Source: an uncultured Lachnospiraceae bacterium (GTDB taxonomy: Bacteria; Bacillota; Clostridia; Lachnospirales; Lachnospiraceae). Taken from it: a stretch of DNA of 26,092 nucleotides. Both the position numbers and the translations under genes were made by a program. Of this stretch, positions 24,822-26,092 are shown piece after piece; position 1 is the first letter of the stretch, and the number at the start of each line of letters is the position of its first letter. Where the stretch lies: positions 1-26,092 of the forward strand of contig CAYLPO010000001.1 of assembly GCA_964385575.1 (NCBI GenBank). The letters run 5' to 3'. Under the pieces are notes generated by a model. The model was given only the letters and a program-made list of their open reading frames with translations, did not search any database and was not told the origin of the DNA.

Positions 24822-26024
24822 ATGTCTGAATTTGGACTGCATTCCGTAATTATGTTCGGCCGCGGCACCGTGTCCCAGCTGGGCGCGAAGGCGAAGGAGT
24901 ACGGCGCGACGAAGGCTCTGCTGGCCTGCGACCGGAACCTGGGCGAAGAGACCTACGCGAAGCTGAAGGCCAGCCTGGAGGCTGCCGGCGTGGATTATAT
25001 CTTTTTCAATGAGACCGAGCGTGACGCTCCCGTCTGGCTGGTGAACAAGGTCGGCCAGATGGCGAAGGAAGCGGGCGTCGACTGCATGATCGGCGTCGGC
25101 GGCGGCAGCACCATGGACCTGGTGAAGGGCGCGACGATCCTCCTGAGCAACCCCGGCCCGGCTGAGAAGTACGTTCTGCCGGATCCGCCTTCGATCCCCG
25201 TGAAGCACCCGGTCATCCTGATGCCGACGACGTCCGGCACCGGCGCCGAGGGCACGAAGTGCGCGATCATCGCTGTGGATCACAACGGCTGGCCCATGAA
25301 GTGGAGCGTGTTCATCGAGCTCGCGCAGACCATCATTGACCCGGATCTGATCGCGACCCTGCCTCCGTACGAGACCGGCTGCTGCGGTATGGACGCTCTG
25401 GCGCACGCCGTCGAGGGCATCACCGGCAATAACCCGAACCCGCTGGCACACGCCTGCGGCCTGAACGCGATCCGCCTGATCAACCGCTATCTGCTGCGCG
25501 CGTACCATGACGGAAATGACATGGAGGCCCGCGAGGGTATGGCGAAGGCTGCTTACCTGGCCGGTGTCGCATTTGACGCGCCGCTGACCCACATCGGTCA
25601 TGCGACGGCTGACGGCCTGTGCACGTACCTGCATCTGTCGCACGGCGAGGGCTGCGCGCTGGAGATCCCGGAGACCCTGGCGCTGGTCGGCCCCGCGGTT
25701 CCGGATGTCATGCTGGAGATCGCTGAGGCGTTCGAGCTGGATTATGACAAGAACATGAGCGGCGAGGAGCTGGGCCAGATCGCGGCGCAGAAGTGCCGTG
25801 ACATGATGGCCGAGATGGGCATCCCTTCGCTGGCGCAGATGGGCTTCTCCAGAGACCGCATGCCGCAGGTCGCGACCGAGACCAGAGACAGCCACCTGTC
25901 CGACTTCTGCCCGGTGCAGCCTGTGACGACCGAGCTGGCGGAGGACTTCTGTTACAAGGTGTACGATAACTATAAGGGATCCGATCACCCGTGGCTGGAT
26001 CGCTGCACGCACGCGCACGACTGA
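24822..26024 (+). CDS. Iron-containing alcohol dehydrogenase family protein
   Basis: GVGGGSTMDLVK, PTTSGTGAE, GMDALAHAVEG, HIGHATA, HGEGCA metal ligands; SD AGGAGG before ATG 24822. Confidence 0.92.
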   Translation: MSEFGLHSVIMFGRGTVSQLGAKAKEYGATKALLACDRNLGEETYAKLKASLEAAGVDYIFFNETERDAPVWLVNKVGQMAKEAGVDCMIGVGGGSTMDLVKGATILLSNPGPAEKYVLPDPPSIPVKHPVILMPTTSGTGAEGTKCAIIAVDHNGWPMKWSVFIELAQTIIDPDLIATLPPYETGCCGMDALAHAVEGITGNNPNPLAHACGLNAIRLINRYLLRAYHDGNDMEAREGMAKAAYLAGVAFDAPLTHIGHATADGLCTYLHLSHGEGCALEIPETLALVGPAVPDVMLEIAEAFELDYDKNMSGEELGQIAAQKCRDMMAEMGIPSLAQMGFSRDRMPQVATETRDSHLSDFCPVQPVTTELAEDFCYKVYDNYKGSDHPWLDRCTHAHD

Positions 26025-26092
26025 TTGTTCAGAGCGGAACATTCCTGATAGCCTCGCTCCTAGTCATTGCCATCACCCCCGTTGATCGCATC

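Noticed and set aside
11727-26042. Many long overlapping or antisense ORFs in the high-GC part (e.g. 11727-12989, 13088-13969, 14979-15962, 17076-18131, 18235-19620, 23691-24491, 24807-26042)
   Set aside because: Typical stop-poor shadows of GC-rich coding strands; each overlaps a gene with clear family motifs.
1-26092. CRISPR array, tRNA or rRNA genes
   Set aside because: No regularly spaced direct repeats, cloverleaf or rRNA-like sequence seen on either strand, despite the CARF gene.

Overview
A 26-kb window from a high-GC anaerobic Clostridia-type (Bacillota) genome; the host assignment is inferred from SD-led genes, lipoprotein SBPs, DUF3877 and a small alarmone synthetase. It has two compositional parts. 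(1) A visibly lower-GC block of about 11.3 kb (about 273-11600) sits between a partial ybaK and a GNAT gene. It carries a divergent PucR/CdaR regulator with a LemA-like gene, facing one long operon: three tandem cupin-fold paralogues (one with intact metal ligands and a Cys-rich tail, two with the ligands replaced), a Pro-1 tautomerase/MIF-fold protein, a complete Dpp/Opp-type ABC importer and a UroD/MtaA-fold enzyme. This looks like an uncharacterised uptake and conversion module for an unknown small molecule and is the best candidate for a new system. (2) A high-GC backbone (about 11600-26092) encodes a GNAT, an MBL hydrolase, a stand-alone DUF1887 (Card1/Can2-like) CARF nuclease, DUF3877, a small RelA/SpoT synthetase, a PNPOx-like protein, a CoA-Nudix hydrolase, a TIGR01212 radical SAM protein, AI-2E and MATE transporters, a TPP-riboswitch-controlled ThiXYZ plus thiamine-binding-protein operon, and an Fe-alcohol dehydrogenase. 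No rRNA, tRNA, CRISPR array, integrase or transposase was seen. All family calls are by motif recognition without database searches, and GC statements are by-eye estimates.
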